From IMG/VR virus record IMGVR_UViG_3300033076_001146, positions 5,284 through 69,283 of that record: a stretch of 64,000 nucleotides of DNA; one strand, given 5' to 3'. This stretch comes from a virus (lineage: Duplodnaviria > Caudoviricetes). Below, in pieces: positions 8,361 through 18,209 of the stretch; positions within the stretch are counted from its first letter, which is position 1, and each line of letters begins with the position of its first letter. Below the pieces are notes generated by a model. That model saw nothing but the letters and a program-made list of their open reading frames with translations. It searched no databases and was not told where the DNA came from. The translations under genes were made by a program, and so were the position numbers.

Positions 8361-11116
8361 GCCATCGCCCCCTGTTTTTGCGCTTGCGGTCGCCCACCGC
8401 TCCGCGCTCCCTGCTCTTTTGAATTGCCGCCGGATTTGTTTTTCTTCCCGTCAGCATCCTGCTCAGGCATCACGGGCGCAGGCTGCCCCATTGCCTGCAC
8501 CGCGCCACTGATCTGCGCTTCGGCCATCAACCCTTCGAGATGCGTGTGCAACATCGCCTTGACGCCCGCGCGCAACTCTTGCGGTGATTCCAGCGCCTCA
8601 TCTTCCGTGAGCCAACTGCGACTCCAATTAATCGCGGCCATGTGGCCAAACTCTTCCAATTCAATCGGCGGCTGCAACATCGAAACCAGGAATTGACCCG
8701 CCTCGGCCAGCGGATCAACCGGCACCTCGACCGCCATCCCCGACAGCGGATCAACTTCCATCTGCGTGGGCGGCATCCCCTGCAACCAGACACTCAGCAT
8801 CGGCAACGCCTGCTTCATCTGCTGGAGTCGCCGTCGGCACAACTCGGACACCGCCGTGTAATCTTCGGCGCCAAGGTCCACGTCGTATAGCTCGGTAATC
8901 TGTTCGAGCAATTGGGGCATCTCGGCTTGCGCCATCTTCAGCCCTGGCAATCCGCCCAAATCCAGCAGCATCCCCTGCCAGCGCCGACGCCGTTCGAGGT
9001 TTGTTTGTGGCAGGTAGCTTTCGGGGATAATCTCCGCCTGCAATTCAAGCTGGACATCGGCGCCACTCAACCAGACGCCTTCCTGTTTGCCGCGCTTACC
9101 CGAAATCGCAACAAACCGTTCGAACGGCACATATCTGCGCCACAGTTCTAACTCGATCTCAGCGCCACGCCGATCCAGTTCGGCTTTCAATGCCAACTGC
9201 GGCCCAAAGAGCGACTGGCTCAACGACTGTGCAATCTCAGCGCCGCCCAGTGTGTTTTGATCAACCCCAAGTTCTGAACTGAACTCCGTCGTGCGCGCCG
9301 CCATTCGCATAAACTCGTTGAGTTTGTCGGCAAACCCGAAATGCTGCGCGGTCGGCGGCTGCGGCATGAGCTGATGCACGGCATCGCCAAGTCGCTTATT
9401 CGTTTCATCAAATGGGGCGAGGTTGACAGGAATGTTTTGCAGGCTGCCCAGGTAGCTGCTGACCCCGTTGGGTAGCAGCCGCTCATCGAACAGGGTCGCG
9501 GGCATCGCCGACGTGCGCAATTGCGTGTAAATCAGCGACATCATCAGATCGTATTGGCGATTGGCTTCGATGATGTCCTCGATGCCGCTGCCCAGTGCGC
9601 TCATCACCCGCGGACGATACACCTGGCCTACCCAAAAGTCTTTGTGATGCTCATCGCGCAGCTCGACGCAGCCCTCAACGCCCTCAATCCAGCACTGATA
9701 CATGCCAGTTGGGAAAAGGTCTATCAACTTCGTGCCTGCTGGAATGACCTGGCCGCCGACGGTGCGAAACTCTTCTTTGAGCACGTTGCGCTGGTACAGC
9801 GCCGGGTCAAGCCAAATCTGGATGAAATCGGTCGTTTGTTCGCGCTCGACATCGCCGCGCCGCAATCCCAAACCCGTGTAATTGGCCGCGCCATAAACGC
9901 TGTACTTCAAGTTCTCAGCCGCCTGCATCTGCGCATTGTCCGAGTTGGCGGGCTTGATCTTGAGGTATGGGAATTTGCTTTGCAGCACCGCCACGCGCAC
10001 GCGGCGACGGCGGATCAGGTACGGCGACTCGTGCGGATTGCAGGACAGATCGTGTTTGAGTTCGAACGCGCTGACCGTCTCGCATGCAATATCACCCATC
10101 TCTACCGGTTCGTATCCAGTAACGGCTTCGACGGTGAGGGGGTCAACTTGTTCGCGTTCGACGTTGGGAGAACCACAGGATGGACATACGGCGGCAGGCT
10201 GAGCACTGGTCCCCAATCCCCCACTGCCAGGTTGTACTGGTATTTCTCCCCCGCCACCACCAGAACCGCCAAGCCCCAAGGCTTCGTAGTGTTGCTGTTC
10301 ATCTTGCTCATACGGCTCCAATCCCGGCGGATGCGGTTGCTCTAGTCCTGCTTGGTATTCGGCGAGTTCGTTGTGACCAAAAGCGGCATCAATCCCGCCA
10401 TCCAGCGGCAAAGCTGGTATGCCCGCTCCATTCTGCGCAGATAATCCTGCCTGAGCCACGTTACCGCCCATTGCGGAAATTCCAGCGTCCGCTTGTCCGC
10501 CTTCCCCGCAGTCTGGACAGAACCAGCTTCCCCCGCCGAAATCAAGCTGCTGCTGCTCGATTCGCTCTCGTCTGCCGACGACTTTGAGATCGTTGGTGTA
10601 GTAGTAATACCGGGCGTATTTCCCGCACTGTGCATGGCGTGCCTCTTGCTGCTTGAATGACTCGGTGTAGAGTTTCCCGCTCAGGTATTCGTGAATCTTG
10701 TTCGCCGCATTTGCCGCCCCAAGCAACTCGTCATCGTCGCTCGTGCCACGCCAGCGAATTCCTGTGCGTGATTGCGTCCATTTTGAGGCAATCGTCTCGG
10801 CAAAAAACCCGGCCAGATTATAGCCGTACACTGGCGTGTCTGTGCGTTCCGGCAATGCCACCGCGCGCCAACCGCCCGACCGCCCCCGCCGCAGCAAGTG
10901 CTTGCCCTCAACAAAGAGGTACAGCATCTCCCACAGAAGCGCCTGATTCTTCCACGTCAGCGCATTCTCGTTTTCCAACTCGTGCCGCGTCTTGCCGAAC
11001 CACTCCATATCAATCTCAATGGACTGATCCTGTTGTGACTCGCTAAAAGCGCGGTCAAGCTTTGCGGCAGGAGCAAGGTTGGTCCCGTCGGACGTGGCAA
11101 AGGCTAAGGCTGGCAT
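8357..11116 (-). CDS. Portal protein
   Basis: 919 aa between terminase and scaffold; Q/P-rich tail typical of podovirus-type portals; two CxxC motifs. Confidence 0.75.
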   Translation of the reverse strand: MPALAFATSDGTNLAPAAKLDRAFSESQQDQSIEIDMEWFGKTRHELENENALTWKNQALLWEMLYLFVEGKHLLRRGRSGGWRAVALPERTDTPVYGYNLAGFFAETIASKWTQSRTGIRWRGTSDDDELLGAANAANKIHEYLSGKLYTESFKQQEARHAQCGKYARYYYYTNDLKVVGRRERIEQQQLDFGGGSWFCPDCGEGGQADAGISAMGGNVAQAGLSAQNGAGIPALPLDGGIDAAFGHNELAEYQAGLEQPHPPGLEPYEQDEQQHYEALGLGGSGGGGGEIPVQPGSGGLGTSAQPAAVCPSCGSPNVEREQVDPLTVEAVTGYEPVEMGDIACETVSAFELKHDLSCNPHESPYLIRRRRVRVAVLQSKFPYLKIKPANSDNAQMQAAENLKYSVYGAANYTGLGLRRGDVEREQTTDFIQIWLDPALYQRNVLKEEFRTVGGQVIPAGTKLIDLFPTGMYQCWIEGVEGCVELRDEHHKDFWVGQVYRPRVMSALGSGIEDIIEANRQYDLMMSLIYTQLRTSAMPATLFDERLLPNGVSSYLGSLQNIPVNLAPFDETNKRLGDAVHQLMPQPPTAQHFGFADKLNEFMRMAARTTEFSSELGVDQNTLGGAEIAQSLSQSLFGPQLALKAELDRRGAEIELELWRRYVPFERFVAISGKRGKQEGVWLSGADVQLELQAEIIPESYLPQTNLERRRRWQGMLLDLGGLPGLKMAQAEMPQLLEQITELYDVDLGAEDYTAVSELCRRRLQQMKQALPMLSVWLQGMPPTQMEVDPLSGMAVEVPVDPLAEAGQFLVSMLQPPIELEEFGHMAAINWSRSWLTEDEALESPQELRAGVKAMLHTHLEGLMAEAQISGAVQAMGQPAPVMPEQDADGKKNKSGGNSKEQGARSGGRPQAQKQGAMA

Positions 11117-11129
11117 TTGGTGCTAACGA

Positions 11130-11336
11130 TCAGTGGCCCTGTTCAACAGCCGAAGCTTTCTCAGCGTCGCCCTTGAGCAATTTCAATTCTTGCATCAGCC
11201 GCTTAACAGCCATCTGAGGTGTCTCGTTTTCAGCCTGATACCCTTGTAACGTTTGCTGAATTTTCACCAATTGCCCTTCGGCAAAGACTTGTGCTGCTCT
11301 TCGCTGCTGCTTGCGTCCTGTTTTTATTGTCAACAT
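11130..11336 (-). CDS. Hypothetical protein
   Basis: 68-aa ORF in operon. Confidence 0.5.
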   Translation of the reverse strand: MLTIKTGRKQQRRAAQVFAEGQLVKIQQTLQGYQAENETPQMAVKRLMQELKLLKGDAEKASAVEQGH

Positions 11337-11346
11337 AGTTTTCTAC

Positions 11347-11766
11347 TCACACGCGCAACGGCGTCTGCTCCACTGCAAATTGCGCTTCCGCTTGTTTCCA
11401 CAGGTCCGGCCACTGCGCACGCGTTTCCTCAATGGATTCCCACGCGGCAGCCGGATTCATAGCTTCGACAATCTCTTTGATCTGGTCCAAGCGAAACGCT
11501 TCATCCACGAAATTGCTGGGCTTGGTCGCCTCCGGATCAGGCAGCCTGAGCACCTGCTCGCGCTCGACCAGCGGTGAAACGTTCTGTTTGCGCAGATAGG
11601 TGTCTATCAACGCAAATTCACGGTCGCGAGCCTGATCCTCCAGCGCCTGACATCTCCGCTCCCACTGCAAAAGCTGCTGGGCAGTGAGACGCGAGCAATA
11701 CTCACGGCAAACTGCCCAGCCAAGGACCATCCCTAACAGGAGGAATAGAGACGAGAGAAGGAGCAT
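11347..11766 (-). CDS. Hypothetical protein with N-terminal membrane anchor
   Basis: MLLLSSLFLLLGMVLGWAV followed by coiled coil. Confidence 0.55.
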   Translation of the reverse strand: MLLLSSLFLLLGMVLGWAVCREYCSRLTAQQLLQWERRCQALEDQARDREFALIDTYLRKQNVSPLVEREQVLRLPDPEATKPSNFVDEAFRLDQIKEIVEAMNPAAAWESIEETRAQWPDLWKQAEAQFAVEQTPLRV

Positions 11767-12089
11767 TATTGATACGCGGCGCCGGTGAACGTGGCAGGCA
11801 AAGTCGGATCAGCCGCGGTAAACAGTGCCCGCGCACCCGCGACAGTGGTAACCGCGTGCGTTTCCGGCATCGCGCCCGACAACTGGCCAATGCGCAATCC
11901 GCGCGCAACGCGTTCGAGATCGTCTTGCGAAAATCCCAAACCGAGCGTTGCCGCACGAACGGCGGCAATCACAGCGGTCACGGTCGAATTGCCGGACCAG
12001 AGCGAATCGCCCAACCCGCACAGGTTGGCTTGATTCACGGCGGAAAGACCGGCAGCGACACCGGATAGATAGTCTTGTGATTGTGGCAT
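11766..12089 (-). CDS. Hypothetical protein
   Basis: 107-aa ORF coupled to next gene by stop/start overlap. Confidence 0.55.
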   Translation of the reverse strand: MPQSQDYLSGVAAGLSAVNQANLCGLGDSLWSGNSTVTAVIAAVRAATLGLGFSQDDLERVARGLRIGQLSGAMPETHAVTTVAGARALFTAADPTLPATFTGAAYQ

Positions 12090-12097
12090 GATTTACC

Positions 12098-12406
12098 TCA
12101 CTTCTTTTTGCTGGGAGCTTTGGCTGCACCCGGTTCAGGCGCAACCACTGGCTCAGATTGTGGATTTTCGCTCACAACGGGAGCGATAATTTCAGGCGCA
12201 ACCACTGGCTCAGGCGCAGCCGCACGCCGCTCCATTACAGCGCGGATAGCTTGCTCCATCGCTGTCTGCGCGGGCACTCTCGGATTTTCCAGATCGCGCA
12301 CGGCTGACACCCAGCGCGCCTTTTGATCTGGTGTCAATGCATTCCAGTCCATACTTAATGCCGGAACGGCGGCTTCGGCGATCTCGTAATAATCCTGTTC
12401 AGTCAT
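12098..12406 (-). CDS. Hypothetical protein
   Basis: ATG 12406 overlaps the TerL stop; PEPVVAPE repeat. Confidence 0.55.
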   Translation of the reverse strand: MTEQDYYEIAEAAVPALSMDWNALTPDQKARWVSAVRDLENPRVPAQTAMEQAIRAVMERRAAAPEPVVAPEIIAPVVSENPQSEPVVAPEPGAAKAPSKKK

Positions 12407-13916
12407 TTCCAAAACTCCAATCTGCATTATTTGTGAACGGCGATGTCGGCTCGAAAGCGTCATCTAAATTCTTGAATTTGCCCTTGATGTGCTTTTTGAT
12501 TTCGGCGCGTTTGATTTCGCGGCCCATCTCCCAGCCTTCGATCTTCCAGGGATCGCCATCGGGTTCGGGGGCGTTTTCAACGCGATAGCCGGCGGGGAGC
12601 GCCTCTTCGATTTGCTCTTCCTCGCTCAGTTCGACCGGCATAAATCGCGCGGCCATCCGGCGAGCCAGCGCACGGGCAATCACTGTGTCGTCCCAGCCAC
12701 CTTCGGGCGCGTTGTATTTGATATGCCCGGAGTCGGTGACAGTCGCCTCGTAGCTAATGAGCTCAAAACGGGCGACCTGATCAGACAGCCAGCGCAATTG
12801 CTGCTTTTCAAAGCAGAGCGCCAAGGCCTGAATTAGCTTCGGCTTGCTTTTGGCAGTTGTCTCAAAACCGTTGAAATAGACGCCTTTCGGCGCGACATCG
12901 TTCAACGCTTCGAGATTGGGAGAGCCGATGGAATTGGATTCGACCAGCGTGTATTTCACGCCCCAACGTTCAATTGTGGATAAAATGCGCGCTCGCTGGA
13001 AATCCCAGCCGATCTGATTGAACCGATCCAACTCAACTTCGCAACCGCAAGTGCAACAAATCACCGAACAGGCTGTGAAATCGTGCAGCCGGGCCCAGTC
13101 CACGCCCGCGACAAGCAAATGGCCATGATGCTCTGCTGGCGTCGTCGGCAATGCAGTCAAGCACGCATCCACCTTGCGAAAAACCGCACCTTCACTGCTC
13201 AGAAATTCCGCAAGGTATTCTTGCTTAAACGCCAGTTCCGGCAATTCGCGCTGGGCCGCATCAATTTCGCCCGGCGGAAGAAACGGGTTGACCGCGCTGG
13301 GGAGCTGCCACGCCTTCCAATCTGGCTGTAGCGGGTCAATGCCCCGCTGAAACAGATCGTAGAAATAGTTCAGCCCTTTTGGCGTCGAGGGGAACCACGC
13401 ATCGCCCTGTAAATCGGTGAGCGTTGGGCGAATAGCGTTTTGCCAGGCTGCCTTGAGGCGTGGGGCCATTGCCGCCTCGTCAACCACAACGCGTTTGTAT
13501 TTACGTCCGCGCCCAGCGTCTTCGTTTTCGAGCGTCCAAATCTCAACGACCCCGCCATTCGGCAATTCAATACGCCGCTCGGTGGCGTTGACTTTGGTGG
13601 CAATATGTTTGATAGGCCGAACAATGTCGCGCCACGCTTCGATAGCGACTTTGTAATCCGGCACAAACCACGCGGCTGGGAATCCTGCTAGCGCAGTTTC
13701 TAAAATCAAATTTGTACTGAGATAGGTCTTGCCAGCGCGACGACCAATGCACAAAACATTAAACCGCGCAGCTTCAGCTTTGATTTGTTCTTGCAGCGGA
13801 TAAAGTGCAGGTAAATTTACCTGCGCATGCCAGTCTGGCTGCCCCGATTTTTGTTCGACCTCTATGCGCCCGCGTGCCGCTCGCGCCTTTTCAAGTTCAA
13901 TCTCGTAATCGGTCAC
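12399..13916 (-). CDS. terL: Terminase large subunit
   Basis: Walker A GRRAGKT, Walker B VVVDEA, STPKG coupling motif, GVDWARLHD nuclease motif. Confidence 0.92.
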   Translation of the reverse strand: MTDYEIELEKARAARGRIEVEQKSGQPDWHAQVNLPALYPLQEQIKAEAARFNVLCIGRRAGKTYLSTNLILETALAGFPAAWFVPDYKVAIEAWRDIVRPIKHIATKVNATERRIELPNGGVVEIWTLENEDAGRGRKYKRVVVDEAAMAPRLKAAWQNAIRPTLTDLQGDAWFPSTPKGLNYFYDLFQRGIDPLQPDWKAWQLPSAVNPFLPPGEIDAAQRELPELAFKQEYLAEFLSSEGAVFRKVDACLTALPTTPAEHHGHLLVAGVDWARLHDFTACSVICCTCGCEVELDRFNQIGWDFQRARILSTIERWGVKYTLVESNSIGSPNLEALNDVAPKGVYFNGFETTAKSKPKLIQALALCFEKQQLRWLSDQVARFELISYEATVTDSGHIKYNAPEGGWDDTVIARALARRMAARFMPVELSEEEQIEEALPAGYRVENAPEPDGDPWKIEGWEMGREIKRAEIKKHIKGKFKNLDDAFEPTSPFTNNADWSFGND

Positions 13917-14006
13917 GTTTCACGGTTTTCCACAGGCAACGGAGTATTTACCCCGCGTATAGCGACACCTTGCAGTGTGAAATGCTACAATTCTTCCCGT
14001 GGAACG

Positions 14007-14690
14007 TTATTGAATCAGCGGCGAGACTTCAGGGTAGACTTCAGCAATCAACTGATTAGCCCGCTCAATCGTCCATCCCTTTTCGCCGACCAGTTCCGCG
14101 TGTTTTCGGGCCGCCTCACGCCGTAACGCTTCCAGACGTTCGAGTTTGGCCGGATTCTCGTCCGGCTGTTTGGTCATGCCGTACACGCTGATCAGTTTTT
14201 GCGCTGCCCCCTGAGGATCGTGCAATTCAATCTCGGTCGTATACTCGTACTCGACGCCTTTGCCGTCCGTTGCCGGACGAGGCGTAGCACGGTGTTTCAG
14301 TTTTTTGATCGAACGCGAAACGCCGAACCGCTTGGCAGCCTCTAAATCAATCTGGCCGTTTGGTTTGAAACAGTCAGACAGGTCGGCAATATCCACACGC
14401 AAGTGATTTGCCAGGAGCGACAAAACCTCATCCGTTGTGGCGTGAATTGTTTTCAGCCGCTCACACACGCGCATGCGAGCGTTTGCTGAATAATCTGAAT
14501 GGGTTTCCTTGCTGACATTGACGCCACTGGCCCACTGATGGAGCGTGCGATACTCAATGCCAAGCACGCGCGCAGCCTCGGCAACGTTACCACCACAGGC
14601 AATTACAGTTTCTAAAGCTGCGCCTTTTTCGTCATCGGAATACGTGCGCCGTGTTTTTGTAACTGGTTTTGCGGCTTTCTTCACTGCCAT
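14007..14690 (-). CDS. terS: Terminase small subunit
   Basis: N-terminal HTH, EIELHDPQGAAQKL motif, upstream of terL. Confidence 0.7.
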   Translation of the reverse strand: MAVKKAAKPVTKTRRTYSDDEKGAALETVIACGGNVAEAARVLGIEYRTLHQWASGVNVSKETHSDYSANARMRVCERLKTIHATTDEVLSLLANHLRVDIADLSDCFKPNGQIDLEAAKRFGVSRSIKKLKHRATPRPATDGKGVEYEYTTEIELHDPQGAAQKLISVYGMTKQPDENPAKLERLEALRREAARKHAELVGEKGWTIERANQLIAEVYPEVSPLIQ

Positions 14691-15191
14691 CTACGCTACC
14701 TGCCCCAGCCGCGCCGCCATCAACCAATCCAGCATCGGCAGCGTCGAAGCGTCCGCCTTCCGCTCAACCTCCACACTCTCCTGCTGGTGATCCTCCGCAA
14801 GTGCCCGCAGCAATTCCGGCATCGTCCACCCGCCCCCGTCGCTGTAAATAAACGACCGCCAAAACACAGCCCAGAAATTGGAACGCAGCTTGACCGGTCG
14901 GCTGTCTGTTTCCAGCGCGACAACAATCGCTTCCCCGCTGGCGTCCACGCGCACCGTGTAACCAGGTCGGACACGCGCAATTGGCGAATTGGTGCCAATC
15001 GGCTCAATCAGGAACGACGCGCGATATTGCGCCCAGCGCATGGGCGAGAGTTCGCGGCGACGACCAGCAGCATCGAGCACGAGATACGTGCCGACGGCGA
15101 CAGCAGACGCAACGGCTTTGAGCCGCGCTTTGTTGCGGGAGCGTTTTTTAGACACAGTTCGGGTATTTGAGAGGGTTGTGGGTGGCCGCAC
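14691..15191 (-). CDS. Hypothetical protein
   Basis: 166-aa ORF abutting terS. Confidence 0.5.
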   Translation of the reverse strand: MRPPTTLSNTRTVSKKRSRNKARLKAVASAVAVGTYLVLDAAGRRRELSPMRWAQYRASFLIEPIGTNSPIARVRPGYTVRVDASGEAIVVALETDSRPVKLRSNFWAVFWRSFIYSDGGGWTMPELLRALAEDHQQESVEVERKADASTLPMLDWLMAARLGQVA

Positions 15192-15433
15192 TCAACCGGT
15201 GAATTCCAGGAGCGCTGGCAATTGTAGGGCTGCAAAAACAAAAAACCGCCAGTCTCTCCAAGCGGCTCACAAATCGTGGCAGGCTCGGCAAACGGGCGGC
15301 GGATTGCGATTACTCGCGTCGGCCTATGCAATTTTTCAGGGAGAATATAGCGGGATTGGGAATTCTGTGCAAGCGGTTATTCCTGCAACAAGTTTTGTCA
15401 GGCGCTTCCCTGTTCAAATAATACTGCTGAGCT

Positions 15434-15655
15434 TTATCCAACTTTGCGCCTTGGCGGACGCGGTTGAGCAGTTTTGGTTGTCGCCCGCGGCTGATCCACG
15501 ACAGGCGCTGACGCGATAGCACTCGCCAACATCCGGCGCATCTCCCGAACGTCGGCCAGTAGGCGACCCAGCGTACTGGCCATGCGCTGCAATTGCAGAT
15601 CGTATTGCCGCACCTGGTCGGCGTCCGTTGCCGGTATTTCGTGAGGATTTGCCAT
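15434..15655 (-). CDS. Hypothetical coiled-coil protein
   Basis: 73-aa ORF. Confidence 0.5.
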   Translation of the reverse strand: MANPHEIPATDADQVRQYDLQLQRMASTLGRLLADVREMRRMLASAIASAPVVDQPRATTKTAQPRPPRRKVG

Positions 15656-15663
15656 GCACCGTC

Positions 15664-15852
15664 CTATTGGATATTCAGCCGTCCCGTCCGGTATAACTCG
15701 TAGGCTAACTTCTCTGCCGCATCCTGTGACAACCCGCCGTCATATTCGGCAATCGCGGCCCGCTCGACCAGTGCGAATTGCTCTGGCTCGTCGAGTCCTT
15801 CGAACAAATCAATAAACAAAGGGTTTATGGGTTGCGTGGGTTGCTCAGCCAC
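15664..15852 (-). CDS. Small phage protein (ERAAIxEYDGGL motif)
   Basis: Motif recurrent in phage replication regions. Confidence 0.55.
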   Translation of the reverse strand: MAEQPTQPINPLFIDLFEGLDEPEQFALVERAAIAEYDGGLSQDAAEKLAYELYRTGRLNIQ

Positions 15853-16013
15853 TACGCGGCCTCTTCCTTGACCAGTCGCAATGCTGCGATCTCCCGCATC
15901 TCAGCCTCGCGACGTTGCAACGCACTCCAAACACAGCGCCGCATATCACGCAACAATTGCGCTTCGCGCTCGTCCGAAGTCATCGCAATGTGCTCGTCCA
16001 GCCATGTAATCAT
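15852..16013 (-). CDS. Hypothetical 53-aa protein
   Basis: Manually read MITWLDEHIA...KEEAA between dnaB and next gene. Confidence 0.45.
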   Translation of the reverse strand: MITWLDEHIAMTSDEREAQLLRDMRRCVWSALQRREAEMREIAALRLVKEEAA

Positions 16014-16030
16014 TTCGCTTTCGTTGGTCA

Positions 16031-17404
16031 TTAGTAACTCCTTGCTAAATCGCGGAATGCCGCCTGTTGTTTGAAAAACAGCATCTCAATCTCGCCTGTC
16101 GGCCCATTGCGTTGCTTGCCGACGATGATGTCGGCCTTCCCCTGGCGCTCGGTGTCCGGCTTGTAGTATTCCTCTCTGTGAATCATCAGCACAACATCGG
16201 GCTCATAGCCGCCTACATAAGACAGGTCACTTAGCTGGGGCTTCGGGTTGCCACGCTCGGGTTTGTTTAACGGCACAACGACGACGACTGGCGTGTCGAA
16301 TTCCTTGCCCAGCGCCTTCAAGTCCTGACTGATCGCCTCGCAGCGCACCTTCTCGCTGGATTCCTGCGCGCGGCTCGCGCCAGGTAAACGTACCAGATTG
16401 AGATAATCCACCAGCACCAGCCCCAGCTTGCCCTTTAACCGGCGCAGTTTGGCGCGCATCTGCATAACCGACAGGCCGGGCCGGTCATCCGTCACAATTG
16501 GCAACTCCCCCAATTCATAGCGAGCGCGGGCCAAATTGGTCCATTCTTCCTTGTTGAGCATTCCCAAGCGCAATCGGTGCAAATCCAGCTTGGCAAGATT
16601 GGCAAGCCAGCGGTCGGCGACCGTTTTGCGTGACATTTCGAGCGAAAATACGGCAACTGTGCGGTTCTGATTGCTCGTTGCCTGCGCAGCCTGCAACGCC
16701 AAGCCAAACCCGAACGCGCTCTTGCCCATCGAAGGCCGACCCGCCACGTACACCAAATCCCCCGGTTGTAGACCGCCGGTCATGTAATCCAGATCAACAA
16801 ACCCTGTCGCCGTCCCTGTGATCAACTGACCGGAGCTGGCAGTGTCTTCGATTTCGCCAAACCGCTGTGCCGCCATTTCCTCTGCCGTCGCCCAAGTGTC
16901 CTCCGTACCCGCGACTTCAAGCTTTAGCACCGCGCGCTGCGCCTGTTCCAGCACGCTTTCAACGGGCTCGCTTAGGTCGAAAGCGGATTCGCGCTGGACG
17001 GTTGATTGCGTAATCAGCGCACGGCGCAGGGCGTGCTCGCGAATCGTGCGAATCCAGCTATCCACGTTCGAGTAGCGCGGCATATAGTTTGTCAATTCAG
17101 CAATCCCGCTCACCCCGCCCACCTGATCAAGCTCATCCGTCGTGCGCAATTCCGCCGCCAGCGTAATGAAATCCAGATCGCGCTTTTGCGCCAGGACGCG
17201 CCCCATCGCCAGAAATATCCGCCGATACGACGGCACAAAAAACGCATCGGCAGACAACTGCGCGGCAATCTCGGCGTACAGCCTGTTGTCCAGAATGCTG
17301 CATCCCAACACCACCCGCTCGGCATCGCGGTCGTGCGGTATCATGCGCTCAAGTTGAATTGAATTACTCGTTGCCATCCGACTTGCCTTTTCTCGCTGCG
17401 GCAA
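16031..17404 (-). CDS. dnaB: Replicative DNA helicase
   Basis: PHDxDAERxVLG N-terminus, AGRPSMGKS Walker A, FSLEMS, LVDYL, GKQRNGPTG. Confidence 0.95.
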   Translation of the reverse strand: MPQREKASRMATSNSIQLERMIPHDRDAERVVLGCSILDNRLYAEIAAQLSADAFFVPSYRRIFLAMGRVLAQKRDLDFITLAAELRTTDELDQVGGVSGIAELTNYMPRYSNVDSWIRTIREHALRRALITQSTVQRESAFDLSEPVESVLEQAQRAVLKLEVAGTEDTWATAEEMAAQRFGEIEDTASSGQLITGTATGFVDLDYMTGGLQPGDLVYVAGRPSMGKSAFGFGLALQAAQATSNQNRTVAVFSLEMSRKTVADRWLANLAKLDLHRLRLGMLNKEEWTNLARARYELGELPIVTDDRPGLSVMQMRAKLRRLKGKLGLVLVDYLNLVRLPGASRAQESSEKVRCEAISQDLKALGKEFDTPVVVVVPLNKPERGNPKPQLSDLSYVGGYEPDVVLMIHREEYYKPDTERQGKADIIVGKQRNGPTGEIEMLFFKQQAAFRDLARSY

Positions 17405-18209
17405 TCATCGCCGCCCCACGGCCTGTGAAATCCTCGTACTTGGGCGATTTGACGACTTCTGGCGGCGAAAGTGCCTGATCCGCTCGCCATTTGAGAAAAT
17501 CCTGCGCGTAGAACCCAAGCGTGACAGCCTTGCGCCGCGAATGGTCAAACGTCTCAATTTCTGCCAGCGTCGCACCGCTTTCCACCAACGCCGCAACCTC
17601 GCCGTTTACGCGTTTTTCGATATTCCCGTTGCCGTTGTGCAGCGTGCCAGTGCGATTGCGCACCAATCGCTCAAGGGAATCTCGGAACTCCTCCGACGCC
17701 TTCTGCCCGTTTGGGTCTCCAGCCGGCACGGCATCCGGCGCGGAAGCTCGCGCGCACGCGCGATTGCCTGTCTGACTGACTGCATGACTGACTGCATTGG
17801 CTAAGCAGTGCTTAGCAGTGCTTAGCAGTGCTTCCTGTCCGTCTGTCTGTATTAGCTGTGCTTCTTTTTGCGGGCTTTTGCTTGGCCTTGCCTTGCCACC
17901 TTCGGAGCCTGCCCTTGCTTTTTTTTCAGCAAACTCAGCGCGCTCAGCTAATACCTCGTCTAAGAAATCCAGGTGCAATTGCCCGTCTTCTGTTCGTCCG
18001 AGATATTCCCAGAACTGAGCCATCTCGTTGACCACTTCCAAGGGCAGCGATGTTTTGAAAGCAATTTTTGCGTTATCGGCGGGCAACCCGCCTTCGTCCA
18101 GGTAGACAACGGCAATTTGCATCAGGTAAGCACGCTGTAAGCCGTTTGGCAGCGAAGATGCTACGGTGCGAAGTTTACCGGGCCAGATTTTGAACCAGTT
18201 GGAGTCCAT
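17364..18209 (-). CDS. Replication initiator, YdaU/DUF1376-like N-terminus
   Basis: Upstream of dnaB; EGGLP motif and KKARAGSEGGK; internal tandem repeats. Confidence 0.6.
   Translation of the reverse strand: MDSNWFKIWPGKLRTVASSLPNGLQRAYLMQIAVVYLDEGGLPADNAKIAFKTSLPLEVVNEMAQFWEYLGRTEDGQLHLDFLDEVLAERAEFAEKKARAGSEGGKARPSKSPQKEAQLIQTDGQEALLSTAKHCLANAVSHAVSQTGNRACARASAPDAVPAGDPNGQKASEEFRDSLERLVRNRTGTLHNGNGNIEKRVNGEVAALVESGATLAEIETFDHSRRKAVTLGFYAQDFLKWRADQALSPPEVVKSPKYEDFTGRGAAMIAAARKGKSDGNE
17773..17833. repeat. Iteron-like repeats inside initiator gene (putative origin)
   Basis: TGACTGACTGCA x2 (17773-17796) and CT(A/T)AGCAGTG x3 (17801-17830). Confidence 0.55.

Noticed and set aside
12134-12213. 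23-bp direct repeat TTCAGGCGCAACCACTGGCTCAG
   Set aside because: Explained by an in-frame PEPVVAPE peptide duplication
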